A stretch of DNA of 64,000 nt from the human T2T-CHM13v2.0 reference genome, Homo sapiens, in the NCBI RefSeq assembly GCF_009914755.1, contig NC_060926.1, one strand, 5' to 3'. The notes below the pieces were generated by a model, which was not told the origin of the DNA, did no database searches, and saw nothing but the letters and a program-made list of their open reading frames with translations. Every line of letters begins with the position of its first letter. The stretch's first letter is position 1. Positions 24,540 to 39,190 of this stretch are shown piece by piece. The translations under genes were made by a program, and so were the position numbers.

Positions 24540-27500
24540 GTATCTGGATGTGGACATTTACAGCGCTTTCAGGCCTAAGGTGAAAAAGGAAATATCTTCC
24601 CCTGAAAACTAGACAGAAGCATTCTCAGAAACTTATTTGTGATGTGCGCCCTCAACTAACAGTGTTGAAGCTTTCTTTTGATAGAGCAGTTTTGAAACAC
24701 TCTTTTTGTGGAATCTGCAAGTGGATATTTGTCTAGCTTTGAGGATTTCGTTGGAAACGGGATTACATATAAAAAGCAGACAGCAGCATTCCCAGAATCT
24801 TGTTTGTGATGTTTGCATTCAAGTCACAGAGTTGAACATTCCCTTTCAGAGAGCAGGTTTGAAACACTCTTTTTATAGTATCTGGATGTGGACATTTTGA
24901 GTGCTTTCAGGCCTATGGTGAAAAAGGAAATATCTTCTCCTGAAAACTAGACAGAAGCATTCTCAGAATCTTATTTGTGATGTGCGCCCTCAACTAACAG
25001 TGTTGAAGCTTTCTTTTGATAGAGCAGTTTTGAAACACTCTTTTCGTAAAATCTGCAAGAGGATATTTTGATAGCTTTGAGGATTTCGTTGGAAACGGGA
25101 TTGTCTTCATATAAACTCTAGACAGAAGCATTCTCAGAAGCTTCATTGGGATGTTTCAATTGAAGTCACAGTGTTGAACAGTCCCTTTCATAGAGCAGGT
25201 TTGAAACACTCTTTTTGTAGTATCTGGAAGTGGACATTTGGAGAGATCTCAGGAATACGGTGATAAAGGAAATATCTTCCAATAAAAGCTAGATAGAAGC
25301 AATGTCAGAAACTTTTTCATGATGTACCTACTCAGCTAACAGAGTTGAACCTTTCTTTTGAGAGAGCAGTTTTGAAACACTCTTTTTGTGGAATCTGCAA
25401 GTGGATATTTGTCTAGTTTTGAGGATTTCGTTGGAAACGGGATTACATATAAAAAGCAGACAGCTGCATTCCCAGAAACTTCTTTGTGATGTTTGCATTC
25501 AAGTCACAGAGTTGAACATTCCCTTTCATAGAGCAGGCTTGAAACACTCTTTTTGTAGTATCTGGATGTGGACATTTGGAGCGCTTTCAGGCCTATGGTG
25601 AAAAAGGAAATATCTTCCCCTGAAAACTAGACAGAAGCATTCTCAGAATCTTATTTGTGATGTGCGCCCTCAACTAACAGTGTTGAAGCTTTCTTTTGAT
25701 AGAGCAGTTTTGAAACACTCTTTTTGTAAAATCTGCAAGAGGATATTTGGATAGCTTTGAGGATTTCGTTGGAAACGGGATTGTCTTCATATATACTCTA
25801 GACAGAAGCATTCTCAGAAGCTTCATTGGGATGTTTCAATTGAAGTCACAGTGTTGAACAGTCCCTTTCATAGAGCAGGTTTGAAACACTCTTTTTGTAG
25901 TATCTGGATGTGGACATTTGGAGCGCTTTCAGGCCTATGGTTTAAAAGGAAATATCTTCCCCTGAAAACTAGACAGAAGCATTCTCAGAAACTTATTTGT
26001 GATGTGCGCCCTCAACTAACAGTGTTGAAGCATTCTTTTGATAGAGCAGTTTTGAAACACTCTTTTTGTGGAATCTGCAAGTAGATATTGTCTAGCTTTG
26101 AGGATTTCGTTGGAAACGGGATTACATATAAAAAGCAGACAGCAGCATTCCCAGAAACTTCTTTGTGATGTTTGCATTCAAGTCACAGAGTTGAACATTC
26201 CCTTTCATAGAGCAGGTTTGAAACACTCTTTTTATAGTATCTGGATGTGGACATTTGGAGCGCTTTCAGGCCTAAGGTGAAAAAGGAAATATCTTCCCCT
26301 GAAAACTAGACAGAAGCATTCTCAGAATCTTATTTGTGATGTGCGCCCTCAACTAACAGTGTTGAAACTTTCTTTTGATAGAGCAGTTTTGAAACACACT
26401 TTTCGTAAAATCTGCAAGAGGATATTTGGATAGCTTTGAGGATTTCGTTGGAAACGGGATTGTCTTCATATAAACTCTAGACAGAAGCATTCTCAGAAGC
26501 TTCATTGGGATGTTTCAATTGAAGTCACAGTGTTGAACAGTCCCTTTCATAGAGCAGGTTTGAAACACTCTTTTTGTAGTATCTGGAAGTGGACATTTGG
26601 AGAGATCTCAGGAATACGGTGATAAAGGAAATGTCTTCCAATAAAAGCTAGATAAAAGCAATGTCAGAAACTTTTTCATGATGTATCTACTCAGCTAACA
26701 GAGTTGAACCTTTCTTTTGAGAGAGCAGTTTTGAAACACTCTTTTTGTGGAATCTGCAAGTGGATATTTGTCTAGCTTTGAGGATTTCGTTGGAAACGGG
26801 ATTACATATAAAAAGCAGACAGCAGCATTCCCAGAAACTTTTTGTGATGTTTGCATTCAAGTCACAGAGTTGAACATTCCCTTTCATAGAGCAGGTTTGA
26901 AACACTCTTTTTGTAGTATCTGTATGTGGACATTTGGAGCGCTTTCAGGCCTATGGTGAAAACGGAAATATCTTCCCCTGAAAACTAGACAGAAGCATTC
27001 TCAGAAACTTATTTGTAATGTGCGCCCTCAACTAACAGTGTTGAACCTTTCTTTTGATAGAGCAGTTTTGAAACACTCTTTTTGTAAAATCTGCAGGAGG
27101 ATATTTGGATAGCTTTGAGGATTTCGTTGGAAACGGGATTGTCTTCATATAAACTCTAGACAGAAGCATTCTCAGAAGCTTCATTGGGATGTTTCAATTG
27201 AAGTCACAGTGTTGAACAGTTCCTTTCATAGAACAGGTTTGAAACACTCTTTTTGTAGTATCTGGAAGTGGACATTTGGAGCGCTCTCAGGACTATGGTG
27301 AAAAAGGAAATATCTTCCAATAAAAGCTACATAGAAGCAATGTCAGAAACTTTTTCATGATGTATCTACTCAGCTAACAGAGTTGAACCTTTCCTTTGAG
27401 AGAGCAGTTTTGAAACACTCTTTTTGTGGAATCTGCAAGTGGATATTTGTCTAGCTTTGAGGATTTCGTTGGAAACGGGATTACATATAAAAAGCAGACA

Positions 27501-30500
27501 GCAGCATTCCCAGAAACTTCTTTGTGAAGTTTGCATTCAAGTCACAGAGTTGAACATTCCCTTTCATAGAGCAGGTTTGAAACACTCTTTTTGTAGTATC
27601 TGTATGTGGACATTTGGAGCGCTTTCAGGCCTATGGTGAAAAAGGAAATATCTTCCCCTGAAAACTAGACAGAAGCATTCTCAGAATCTTATTTGTGATG
27701 TGCGCCCTCAACTAACAGTGTTGAAGCTTTCTTTTGATAGAGCAGTTTTGAAACACTCTTTTTGTAAAATCTGCAAGAGGATATTTGGATAGCTTTGAGG
27801 ATTTCGTTGGAAACGGGATTGTCTTCATATAAACTCTAGACAGAAGCATTCTCAGAAGCTTCATTGGGATGTTTCAATTGAAGTCACAGTGTTGAACAGT
27901 CCCTTTCATAGAGCAGGTTTGAAACACTCTTTTTGTCGTATCTGGAAGTGGACATTTGGAGCGCTCTCAGGACTACGGTGAAAAAGGAAGTATCTTCCAA
28001 TAAAAGCTAGATAGAAGCAATGTCGGAAACTTTTTCATGTTGTATCTACTCAGCTAACAGAGTTGAACCTTTCTTTTGAGAGAGCAGTTTTGAAACACTC
28101 TTTTTGTGGAATCTGCAAGTGGATATTTGTCTAGCTTTGAGGATTTCGTTGGAAACGGGATTACATATAAAAAGCAGACAGCAGCATTCCCAGAAACTTC
28201 TTTGTGATGTTTGCATTCAAGTCACAGAGTTGAACATTCCCTTTCATAGAGCAGGTTTGAAACACTCTTTTTGTAGTATCTGGATGTGGACATTTGGAGC
28301 GCTTTCAGGCCTATGGTGAAAAAGGAAATATCTTCCCCTGAAAACTAGACAGAAGCATTCTCAGAAACTTATTTGTGATGTGCGCCCTCAACTAACAGTG
28401 TTGAACCTTTCTTTTGATAGAGCAGTTTTGAAACACTCTTTTTGTAAAATCTGCAAGAGGATATTTGGATAGCTTTGAGGATTTCGTTGGAAACGGGATT
28501 GTCTTCATATAAACTCTAGACAGAAGCATTCTCAGAAGCTTCATTGGGATGTTTCAATTGAAGTCACAGTGTTGAACAGTCCCTTTCATAGAGCAGGTTT
28601 GAAACACTCTTTTTGTAGTATCTGGAAGTGGACATTTGGAGCGCTCTCAGGACTGCGGTGAAAAAGGAAATATCTTCCAATAAAAGCTAGATAGAAGCAA
28701 TGTCAGAAACTTTTTCATGATGTATCTACTCAGCTAACAGAGTTGAACCTTCCTTTGAGAGAGCAGTTTTGAAACACTCTTTTTGTGGAATCTGCAAGTG
28801 GATATTTGTCTAGCTTTGAGGATTTCGTTGGAAACGGGATTACATATAAAAAGCAGACAGCAGCATTCCCAGAAACTTGTTTGTGATGTTTGCATTCAAG
28901 TCACAGAGTTGAACATTCCCTTTCATAGAGCAGGTTTGAAACACTCTTTTTGTAGTATCTGGATGTGGACATTTACAGCGCTTTCAGGCCTAAGGTGAAA
29001 AAGGAAATATCTTCCCCTGAAAACTAGACAGAAGCATTCTCAGAAACTTATTTGTGATGTGCGCCCTCAACTAACAGTGTTGAAGCTTTCTTTTGATAGA
29101 GCAGTTTTGAAACACTCTTTTTGTGGAATCTGCAAGTGGATATTTGTCTAGCTTTGAGGATTTCGTTGGAAACGGGATTACATATAAAAAGCAGACAGCA
29201 GCATTCCCAGAATCTTGTTTGTGATGTTTGCATTCAAGTCACAGAGTTGAACATTCCCTTTCAGAGAGCAGGTTTGAAACACTCTTTTTATAGTATCTGG
29301 ATGTGGACATTTTGAGCGCTTTCAGGCCTATGGTGAAAAAGGAAATATCTTCTCCTGAAAACTAGACAGAAGCATTCTCAGAATCTTATTTGTGATGTGC
29401 GCCCTCAACTAACAGTGTTGAAGCTTTCTTTTGATAGAGCAGTTTTGAAACACTCTTTTCGTAAAATCTGCAAGAGGATATTTTGATAGCTTTGAGGATT
29501 TCGTTGGAAACGGGATTGTCTTCATATAAACTCTAGACAGAAGCATTCTCAGAAGCTTCATTGGGATGTTTCAATTGAAGTCACAGTGTTGAACAGTCCC
29601 TTTCATAGAGCAGGTTTGAAACACTCTTTTTGTAGTATCTGGAAGTGGACATTTGGAGAGATCTCAGGAATACGGTGATAAAGGAAATATCTTCCAATAA
29701 AAGCTAGATAGAAGCAATGTCAGAAACTTTTTCATGATGTACCTACTCAGCTAACAGAGTTGAACCTTTCTTTTGAGAGAGCAGTTTTGAAACACTCTTT
29801 TTGTGGAATCTGCAAGTGGATATTTGTCTAGTTTTGAGGATTTCGTTGGAAACGGGATTACATATAAAAAGCAGACAGCTGCATTCCCAGAAACTTCTTT
29901 GTGATGTTTGCATTCAAGTCACAGAGTTGAACATTCCCTTTCATAGAGCAGGCTTGAAACACTCTTTTTGTAGTATCTGGATGTGGACATTTGGAGCGCT
30001 TTCAGGCCTATGGTGAAAAAGGAAATATCTTCCCCTGAAAACTAGACAGAAGCATTCTCAGAATCTTATTTGTGATGTGCGCCCTCAACTAACAGTGTTG
30101 AAGCTTTCTTTTGATAGAGCAGTTTTGAAACACTCTTTTTGTAAAATCTGCAAGAGGATATTTGGATAGCTTTGAGGATTTCGTTGGAAACGGTATTGTC
30201 TTCATATATACTCTAGACAGAAGCATTCTCAGAAGCTTCATTGGGATGTTTCAATTGAAGTCACAGTGTTGAACAGTCCCTTTCATAGAGCAGGTTTGAA
30301 ACACTCTTTTTGTAGTATCTGGATGTGGACATTTGGAGCGCTTTCAGGCCTATGGTTTAAAAGGAAATATCTTCCCCTGAAAACTAGACAGAAGCATTCT
30401 CAGAAACTTATTTGTGATGTGCGCCCTCAACTAACAGTGTTGAAGCATTCTTTTGATAGAGCAGTTTTGAAACACTCTTTTTGTGGAATCTGCAAGTAGA

Positions 30501-33500
30501 TATTGTCTAGCTTTGAGGATTTCGTTGGAAACGGGATTACATATAAAAAGCAGACAGCAGCATTCCCAGAAACTTCTTTGTGATGTTTGCATTCAAGTCA
30601 CAGAGTTGAACATTCCCTTTCATAGAGCAGGTTTGAAACACTCTTTTTATAGTATCTGGATGTGGACATTTGGAGCGCTTTCAGGCCTAAGGTGAAAAAG
30701 GAAATATCTTCCCCTGAAAACTAGACAGAAGCATTCTCAGAATCTTATTTGTGATGTGCGCCCTCAACTAACAGTGTTGAAACTTTCTTTTGATAGAGCA
30801 GTTTTGAAACACACTTTTCGTAAAATCTGCAAGAGGATATTTGGATAGCTTTGAGGATTTCGTTGGAAACGGGATTGTCTTCATATAAACTCTAGACAGA
30901 AGCATTCTCAGAAGCTTCATTGGGATGTTTCAATTGAAGTCACAGTGTTGAACAGTCCCTTTCATAGAGCAGGTTTGAAACACTCTTTTTGTAGTATCTG
31001 GAAGTGGACATTTGGAGAGATCTCAGGAATACGGTGATAAAGGAAATGTCTTCCAATAAAAGCTAGATAAAAGCAATGTCAGAAACTTTTTCATGATGTA
31101 TCTACTCAGCTAACAGAGTTGAACCTTTCTTTTGAGAGAGCAGTTTTGAAACACTCTTTTTGTGGAATCTGCAAGTGGATATTTGTCTAGCTTTGAGGAT
31201 TTCGTTGGAAACGGGATTACATATAAAAAGCAGACAGCAGCATTCCCAGAAACTTTTTGTGATGTTTGCATTCAAGTCACAGAGTTGAACATTCCCTTTC
31301 ATAGAGCAGGTTTGAAACACTCTTTTTGTAGTATCTGGATGTGGACATTTGGAGCGCTTTCAGGCCTATGGTGAAAACGGAAATATCTTCCCCTGAAAAC
31401 TAGACAGAAGCATTCTCAGAAACTTATTTGTAATGTGCGCCCTCAACTAACAGTGTTGAACCTTTCTTTTGATAGAGCAGTTTTGAAACACTCTTTTTGT
31501 AAAATCTGCAGGAGGATATTTGGATAGCTTTGAGGATTTCGTTGGAAACGGGATTGTCTTCATATAAACTCTAGACAGAAGCATTCTCAGAAGCTTCATT
31601 GGGATGTTTCAATTGAAGTCACAGTGTTGAACAGTTCCTTTCATAGAACAGGTTTGAAACACTCTTTTTGTAGTATCTGGAAGTGGACATTTGGAGCGCT
31701 CTCAGGACTATGGTGAAAAAGGAAATATCTTCCAATAAAAGCTACATAGAAGCAATGTCAGAAACTTTTTCATGATGTATCTACTCAGCTAACAGAGTTG
31801 AACCTTTCCTTTGAGAGAGCAGTTTTGAAACACTCTTTTTGTGGAATCTGCAAGTGGATATTTGTCTAGCTTTGAGGATTTCGTTGGAAACGGGATTACA
31901 TATAAAAAGCAGACAGCAGCATTCCCAGAAACTTCTTTGTGAAGTTTGCATTCAAGTCACAGAGTTGAACATTCCCTTTCATAGAGCAGGTTTGAAACAC
32001 TCTTTTTGTAGTATCTGTATGTGGACATTTGGAGCGCTTTCAGGCCTATGGTGAAAAAGGAAATATCTTCCCCTGAAAACTAGACAGAAGCATTCTCAGA
32101 ATCTTATTTGTGATGTGCGCCCTCAACTAACAGTGTTGAAACTTTCTTTTGATAGAGCAGTTTTGAAACACTCTTTTCGTAAAATCTGCAAGAGGATATT
32201 TTGATAGCTTTGAGGATTTCGTTGGAAACGGGATTGTCTTCATATAAACTCTAGACAGAAGCATTCTCAGAAGCTTCATTGGGATGTTTCAATTGAAGTC
32301 ACAGTGTTGAACAGTCCCTTTCATAGAGCAGGTTTGAAACACTCTTTTTGTAGTATCTGGAAGTGGACATTTGGAGAGATCTCAGGAATACGGTGATAAA
32401 GGAAATGTCTTCCAATAAAAGCTAGATAAAAGCAATGTCAGAAACTTTTTCATGATGTATCTACTCAGCTAACAGAGTTGAACCTTTCTTTTGAGAGAGC
32501 AGTTTTGAAACACTCTTTTTGTGGAATCTGCAAGTGGATATTTGTCTAGCTTTGAGGATTTCGTTGGAAACGGGATTACATATAAAAAGCAGACAGCAGC
32601 ATTCCCAGAAACTTTTTGTGATGTTTGCATTCAAGTCACAGAGTTGAACATTCCCTTTCATAGAGCAGGTTTGAAACACTCTTTTTGTAGTATCTGTATG
32701 TGGACATTTGGAGCGCTTTCAGGCCTATGGTGAAAAAGGAAATATCTTCCCCTGAAAACTAGACAGAAGCATTCTCAGAAACTTATTTGTAATGTGCGCC
32801 CTCAACTAACAGTGTTGAACCTTTCTTTTGATAGAGCAGTTTTGAAACACTCTTTTTGTAAAATCTGCAGGAGGATATTTGGATAGCTTTGAGGATTTCG
32901 TTGGAAACGGGATTGTCTTCATATAAACTCTAGACAGAAGCATTCTCAGAAGCTTCATTGGGATGTTTCAATTGAAGTCACAGTGTTGAACAGTTCCTTT
33001 CATAGAACAGGTTTGAAACACTCTTTTTGTAGTATCTGGAAGTGGACATTTGGAGCGCTCTCAGGACTATGGTGAAAAAGGAAATATCTTCCAATAAAAG
33101 CTACATAGAAGCAATGTCAGAAACTTTTTCATGATGTATCTACTCAGCTAACAGAGTTGAACCTTTCCTTTGAGAGAGCAGTTTTGAAACACTCTTTTTG
33201 TGGAATCTGCATGTGGATATTTGTCTAGCTTTGAGGATTTCGTTGGAAACGGGATTACATATAAAAAGCAGACAGCAGCATTCCCAGAAACTTCTTTGTG
33301 AAGTTTGCATTCAAGTCACAGAGTTGAACATTCCCTTTCATAGAGCAGGTTTGAAACACTCTTTTTGTAGTATCTGTATGTGGACATTTGGAGCGCTTTC
33401 AGGCCTATGGTGAAAAAGGAAATATCTTCCCCTGAAAACTAGACAGAAGCATTCTCAGAATCTTATTTGTGATGTGCGCCCTCAACTAACAGTGTTGAAG

Positions 33501-36500
33501 CTTTCTTTTGATAGAGCAGTTTTGAAACACTCTTTTTGTAAAATCTGCAAGAGGATATTTGGATAGCTTTGAGGATTTCGTTGGAAACGGGATTGTCTTC
33601 ATATAAACTCTAGACAGAAGCATTCTCAGAAGCTTCATTGGGATGTTTCAATTGAAGTCACAGTGTTGAACAGTCCCTTTCATAGAGCAGGTTTGAAACA
33701 CTCTTTTTGTAGTATCTGGAAGTGGACATTTGGAGCGCTCTCAGGACTACGGTGAAAAAGGAAGTATCTTCCAATAAAAGCTAGATAGAAGCAATGTCGG
33801 AAACTTTTTCATGTTGTATCTACTCAGCTAACAGAGTTGAACCTTTCTTTTGAGAGAGCAGTTTTGAAACACTCTTTTTGTGGAATCTGCAAGTGGATAT
33901 TTGTCTAGCTTTGAGGATTTCGTTGGAAACGGGATTACATATAAAAAGCAGACAGCAGCATTCCCAGAAACTTCTTTGTGATGTTTGCATTCAAGTCACA
34001 GAGTTGAACATTCCCTTTCATAGAGCAGGTTTGAAACACTCTTTTTGTAGTATCTGGATGTGGACATTTGGAGCGCTTTCAGGCCTATGGTGAAAAAGGA
34101 AATATCTTCCCCTGAAAACTAGACAGAAGCATTCTCAGAAACTTATTTGTGATGTGCGCCCTCAACTAACAGTGTTGAACCTTTCTTTTGATAGAGCAGT
34201 TTTGAAACACTCTTTTTGTAAAATCTGCAAGAGGATATTTGGATAGCTTTGAGGATTTCGTTGGAAACGGGATTGTCTTCATATAAACTCTAGACAGAAG
34301 CATTCTCAGAAGCTTCATTGGGATGTTTCAATTGAAGTCACAGTGTTGAACAGTCCCTTTCATAGAGCAGGTTTGAAACACTCTTTTTGTAGTATCTGGA
34401 AGTGGACATTTGGAGCGCTCTCAGGACTGCGGTGAAAAAGGAAATATCTTCCAATAAAAGCTAGATAGAAGCAATGTCAGAAACTTTTTCATGATGTATC
34501 TACTCAGCTAACAGAGTTGAACCTTCCTTTGAGAGAGCAGTTTTGAAACACTCTTTTTGTGGAATCTGCAAGTGGATATTTGTCTAGCTTTGAGGATTTC
34601 GTTGGAAACGGGATTACATATAAAAAGCAGACAGCAGCATTCCCAGAAACTTCTTTGTGATGTTTGCATTCAAGTCACAGAGTTGAACATTCCCTTTCAT
34701 AGAGCAGGTTTGAAACACTCTTTTTGTAGTATCTGGATGTGGACATTTACAGCGCTTTCAGGCCTAAGGTGAAAAAGGAAATATCTTCCCCTGAAAACTA
34801 GACAGAAGCATTCTCAGAAACTTATTTGTGATGTGCGCCCTCAACTAACAGTGTTGAAGCTTTCTTTTGATAGAGCAGTTTTGAAACACTCTTTTTGTGG
34901 AATCTGTAAGTGGATATTTGTCTAGCTTTGAGGATTTCGTTGGAAACGGGATTACATATAAAAAGCAGACAGCAGCATTCCCAGAATCTTGTTTGTGATG
35001 TTTGCATTCAAGTCACAGAGTTGAACATTCCCTTTCAGAGAGCAGGTTTGAAACACTCTTTTTATAGTATCTGGATGTGGACATTTTGAGCGCTTTCAGG
35101 CCTATGGTGAAAAAGGAAATATCTTCTCCTGAAAACTAGACAGAAGCATTCTCAGAATCTTATTTGTGATGTGCGCCCTCAACTAACAGTGTTGAAGCTT
35201 TCTTTTGATAGAGCAGTTTTGAAACACTCTTTTCGTAAAATCTGCAAGAGGATATTTTGATAGCTTTGAGGATTTCGTTGGAAACGGGATTGTCTTCATA
35301 TAAACTCTAGACAGAAGCATTCTCAGAAGCTTCATTGGGATGTTTCAATTGAAGTCACAGTGTTGAACAGTCCCTTTCATAGAGCAGGTTTGAAACACTC
35401 TTTTTGTAGTATCTGGAAGTGGACATTTGGAGAGATCTCAGGAATACGGTGATAAAGGAAATATCTTCCAATAAAAGCTAGATAGAAGCAATGTCAGAAA
35501 CTTTTTCATGATGTACCTACTCAGCTAACAGAGTTGAACCTTTCTTTTGAGAGAGCAGTTTTGAAACACTCTTTTTGTGGAATCTGCAAGTGGATATTTG
35601 TCCAGTTTTGAGGATTTCGTTGGAAACGGGATTACATATAAAAAGCAGACAGCTGCATTCCCAGAAACTTCTTTGTGATGTTTGCATTCAAGTCACAGAG
35701 TTGAACATTCCCTTTCATAGAGCAGGCTTGAAACACTCTTTTTGTAGTATCTGGATGTGGACATTTGGAGCGCTTTCAGGCCTATGGTGAAAAAGGAAAT
35801 ATCTTCCCCTGAAAACTAGACAGAAGCATTCTCAGAATCTTATTTGTGATGTGCGCCCTCAACTAACAGTGTTGAAGCTTTCTTTTGATAGAGCAGTTTT
35901 GAAACACTCTTTTTGTAAAATCTGCAAGAGGATATTTGGATAGCTTTGAGGATTTCGTTGGAAACGGGATTGTCTTCATATATACTCTAGACAGAAGCAT
36001 TCTCAGAAGCTTCATTGGGATGTTTCAATTGAAGTCACAGTGTTGAACAGTCCCTTTCATAGAGCAGGTTTGAAACACTCTTTTTGTAGTATCTGGATGT
36101 GGACATTTGGAGCGCTTTCAGGCCTATGGTTTAAAAGGAAATATCTTCCCCTGAAAACTAGACAGAAGCATTCTCAGAAACTTATTTGTGATGTGCGCCC
36201 TCAACTAACAGTGTTGAAGCATTCTTTTGATAGAGCAGTTTTGAAACACTCTTTTTGTGGAATCTGCAAGTAGATATTGTCTAGCTTTGAGGATTTCGTT
36301 GGAAACGGGATTACATATAAAAAGCAGACAGCAGCATTCCCAGAAACTTCTTTGTGATGTTTGCATTCAAGTCACAGAGTTGAACATTCCCTTTCATAGA
36401 GCAGGTTTGAAACACTCTTTTTATAGTATCTGGATGTGGACATTTGGAGCGCTTTCAGGCCTATGGTGAAAAAGGAAATATCTTCCCCTGAAAACTAGAC

Positions 36501-37150
36501 AGAAGCATTCTCAGAATCTTATTTGTGATGTGCGCCCTCAACTAACAGTGTTGAAACTTTCTTTTGATAGAGCAGTTTTGAAACACTCTTTTCGTAAAAT
36601 CTGCAAGAGGATATTTGGATAGCTTTGAGGATTTCGTTGGAAACGGGATTGTCTTCATATAAACTCTAGACAGAAGCATTCTCAGAAGCTTCATTGGGAT
36701 GTTTCAATTGAAGTCACAGTGTTGAACAGTCCCTTTCATAGAGCAGGTTTGAAACACTCTTTTTGTAGTATCTGGAAGTGGACATTTGGAGAGATCTCAG
36801 GAATACGGTGATAAAGGAAATGTCTTCCAATAAAAGCTAGATAAAAGCAATGTCAGAAACTTTTTCATGATGTATCTACTCAGCTAACAGAGTTGAACCT
36901 TTCTTTTGAGAGAGCAGTTTTGAAACACTCTTTTTGTGGAATCTGCAAGTGGATATTTGTCTAGCTTTGAGGATTTCGTTGGAAACGGGATTACATATAA
37001 AAAGCAGACAGCAGCATTCCCAGAAACTTTTTGTGATGTTTGCATTCAAGTCACAGAGTTGAACATTCCCTTTCATAGAGCAGGTTTGAAACACTCTTTT
37101 TGTAGTATCTGTATGTGGACATTTGGAGCGCTTTCAGGCCTATGGTGAAA
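24540..37150 (+). repeat. Three related super-HOR copies with periods 4,415 bp (26 monomers) then 5,774 bp (34 monomers)
   Basis: The marker cassette tttacagcg / cctaagg / aatcttgttt / ttcagagagc / ctagttttg / ggcttgaaa / tatatactc / ggtttaaaa recurs. ORFs 24633, 29048, 34822 and 25851, 30266, 36040. Confidence 0.88.
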
Positions 37151-39190
37151 AAGGAAATATCTTCCCCTGAAAACTAGACAGAAGCATTCTCAGAATCTTA
37201 TTTGTGATGTGCGCCCTCAACTAACAGTGTTGAAGCTTTCTTTTGATAGAGCAGTTTTGAAACACTCTTTTCGTAAAATCTGCAAGAGGATATTTTGATA
37301 GCTTTGAGGATTTCGTTGGAAACGGGATTGTCTTCATATAAACTCTAGACAGAAGCATTCTCAGAAGCTTCATTGGGATGTTTCAATTGAAGTCACAGTG
37401 TTGAACAGTCCCTTTCATAGAGCAGGTTTGAAACACTCTTTTTGTAGTATCTGGAAGTGGACATTTGGAGAGATCTCAGGAATACGGTGATAAAGGAAAT
37501 ATCTTCCAATAAAAGCTACATAGAAGCAATGTCAGAAACTTTTTCATGATGTACCTACTCAGCTAACAGAGTTGAACCTTTCTTTTGAGAGAGCAGTTTT
37601 GAAACACTCTTTTTGTGGAATCTGCAAGTGGATATTTGTCCAGTTTTGAGGATTTCGTTGGAAACGGGATTACATATAAAAAGCAGACAGCTGCATTCCC
37701 AGAAACTTCTTTGTGATGTTTGCATTCAAGTCACAGAGTTGAACATTCCCTTTCATAGAGCAGGCTTGAAACACTCTTTTTGTAGTATCTGGATGTGGAC
37801 ATTTGGAGCGCTTTCAGGCCTATGGTGAAAAAGGAAATATCTTCCCCTGAAAACTAGACAGAAGCATTCTCAGAATCTTATTTGTGATGTGCGCCCTCAA
37901 CTAACAGTGTTGAAGCTTTCTTTTGATAGAGCAGTTTTGAAACACTCTTTTTGTAAAATCTGCAAGAGGATATTTGGATAGCTTTGAGGATTTCGTTGGA
38001 AACGGGATTGTCTTCATATATACTCTAGACAGAAGCATTCTCAGAAGCTTCATTGGGATGTTTCAATTGAAGTCACAGTGTTGAACAGTCCCTTTCATAG
38101 AGCAGGTTTGAAACACTCTTTTTGTAGTATCTGGATGTGGACATTTGGAGCGCTTTCAGGCCTATGGTTTAAAAGGAAATATCTTCCCCTGAAAACTAGA
38201 CAGAAGCATTCTCAGAAACTTATTTGTGATGTGCGCCCTCAACTAACAGTGTTGAAGCATTCTTTTGATAGAGCAGTTTTGAAACACTCTTTTTGTGGAA
38301 TCTGCAAGTAGATATTGTCTAGCTTTGAGGATTTCGTTGGAAACGGGATTACATATAAAAAGCAGACAGCAGCATTCCCAGAAACTTCTTTGTGATGTTT
38401 GCATTCAAGTCACAGAGTTGAACATTCCCTTTCATAGAGCAGGTTTGAAACACTCTTTTTATAGTATCTGGATGTGGACATTTGGAGCGCTTTCAGGCCT
38501 ATGGTGAAAAAGGAAATATCTTCCCCTGAAAACTAGACAGAAGCATTCTCAGAATCTTATTTGTGATGTGCGCCCTCAACTAACAGTGTTGAAACTTTCT
38601 TTTGATAGAGCAGTTTTGAAACACTCTTTTCGTAAAATCTGCAAGAGGATATTTGGATAGCTTTGAGGATTTCGTTGGAAACGGGATTGTCTTCATATAA
38701 ACTCTAGACAGAAGCATTCTCAGAAGCTTCATTGGGATGTTTCAATTGAAGTCACAGTGTTGAACAGTCCCTTTCATAGAGCAGGTTTGAAACACTCTTT
38801 TTGTAGTATCTGGAAGTGGACATTTGGAGAGATCTCAGGAATACGGTGATAAAGGAAATGTCTTCCAATAAAAGCTAGATAAAAGCAATGTCAGAAACTT
38901 TTTCATGTTGTATCTACTCAGCTAACAGAGTTGAACCTTTCTTTTGAGAGAGCAGTTTTGAAACACTCTTTTTGTGGAATCTGCAAGTGGATATTTGTCT
39001 AGCTTTGAGGATTTCGTTGGAAACGGGATTACATATAAAAAGCAGACAGCAGCATTCCCAGAAACTTTTTGTGATGTTTGCATTCAAGTCACAGAGTTGA
39101 ACATTCCCTTTCATAGAGCAGGTTTGAAACACTCTTTTTGTAGTATCTGTATGTGGACATTTGGAGCGCTTTCAGGCCTATGGTGAAAAA
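35150..39190 (+). repeat. Tandem duplication, period 2,038 bp (12 monomers)
   Basis: Private variant tccagttttg at ~35601 and ~37639. ORFs 35575/37613, 36040/38078, 36936/38974. Confidence 0.9.
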
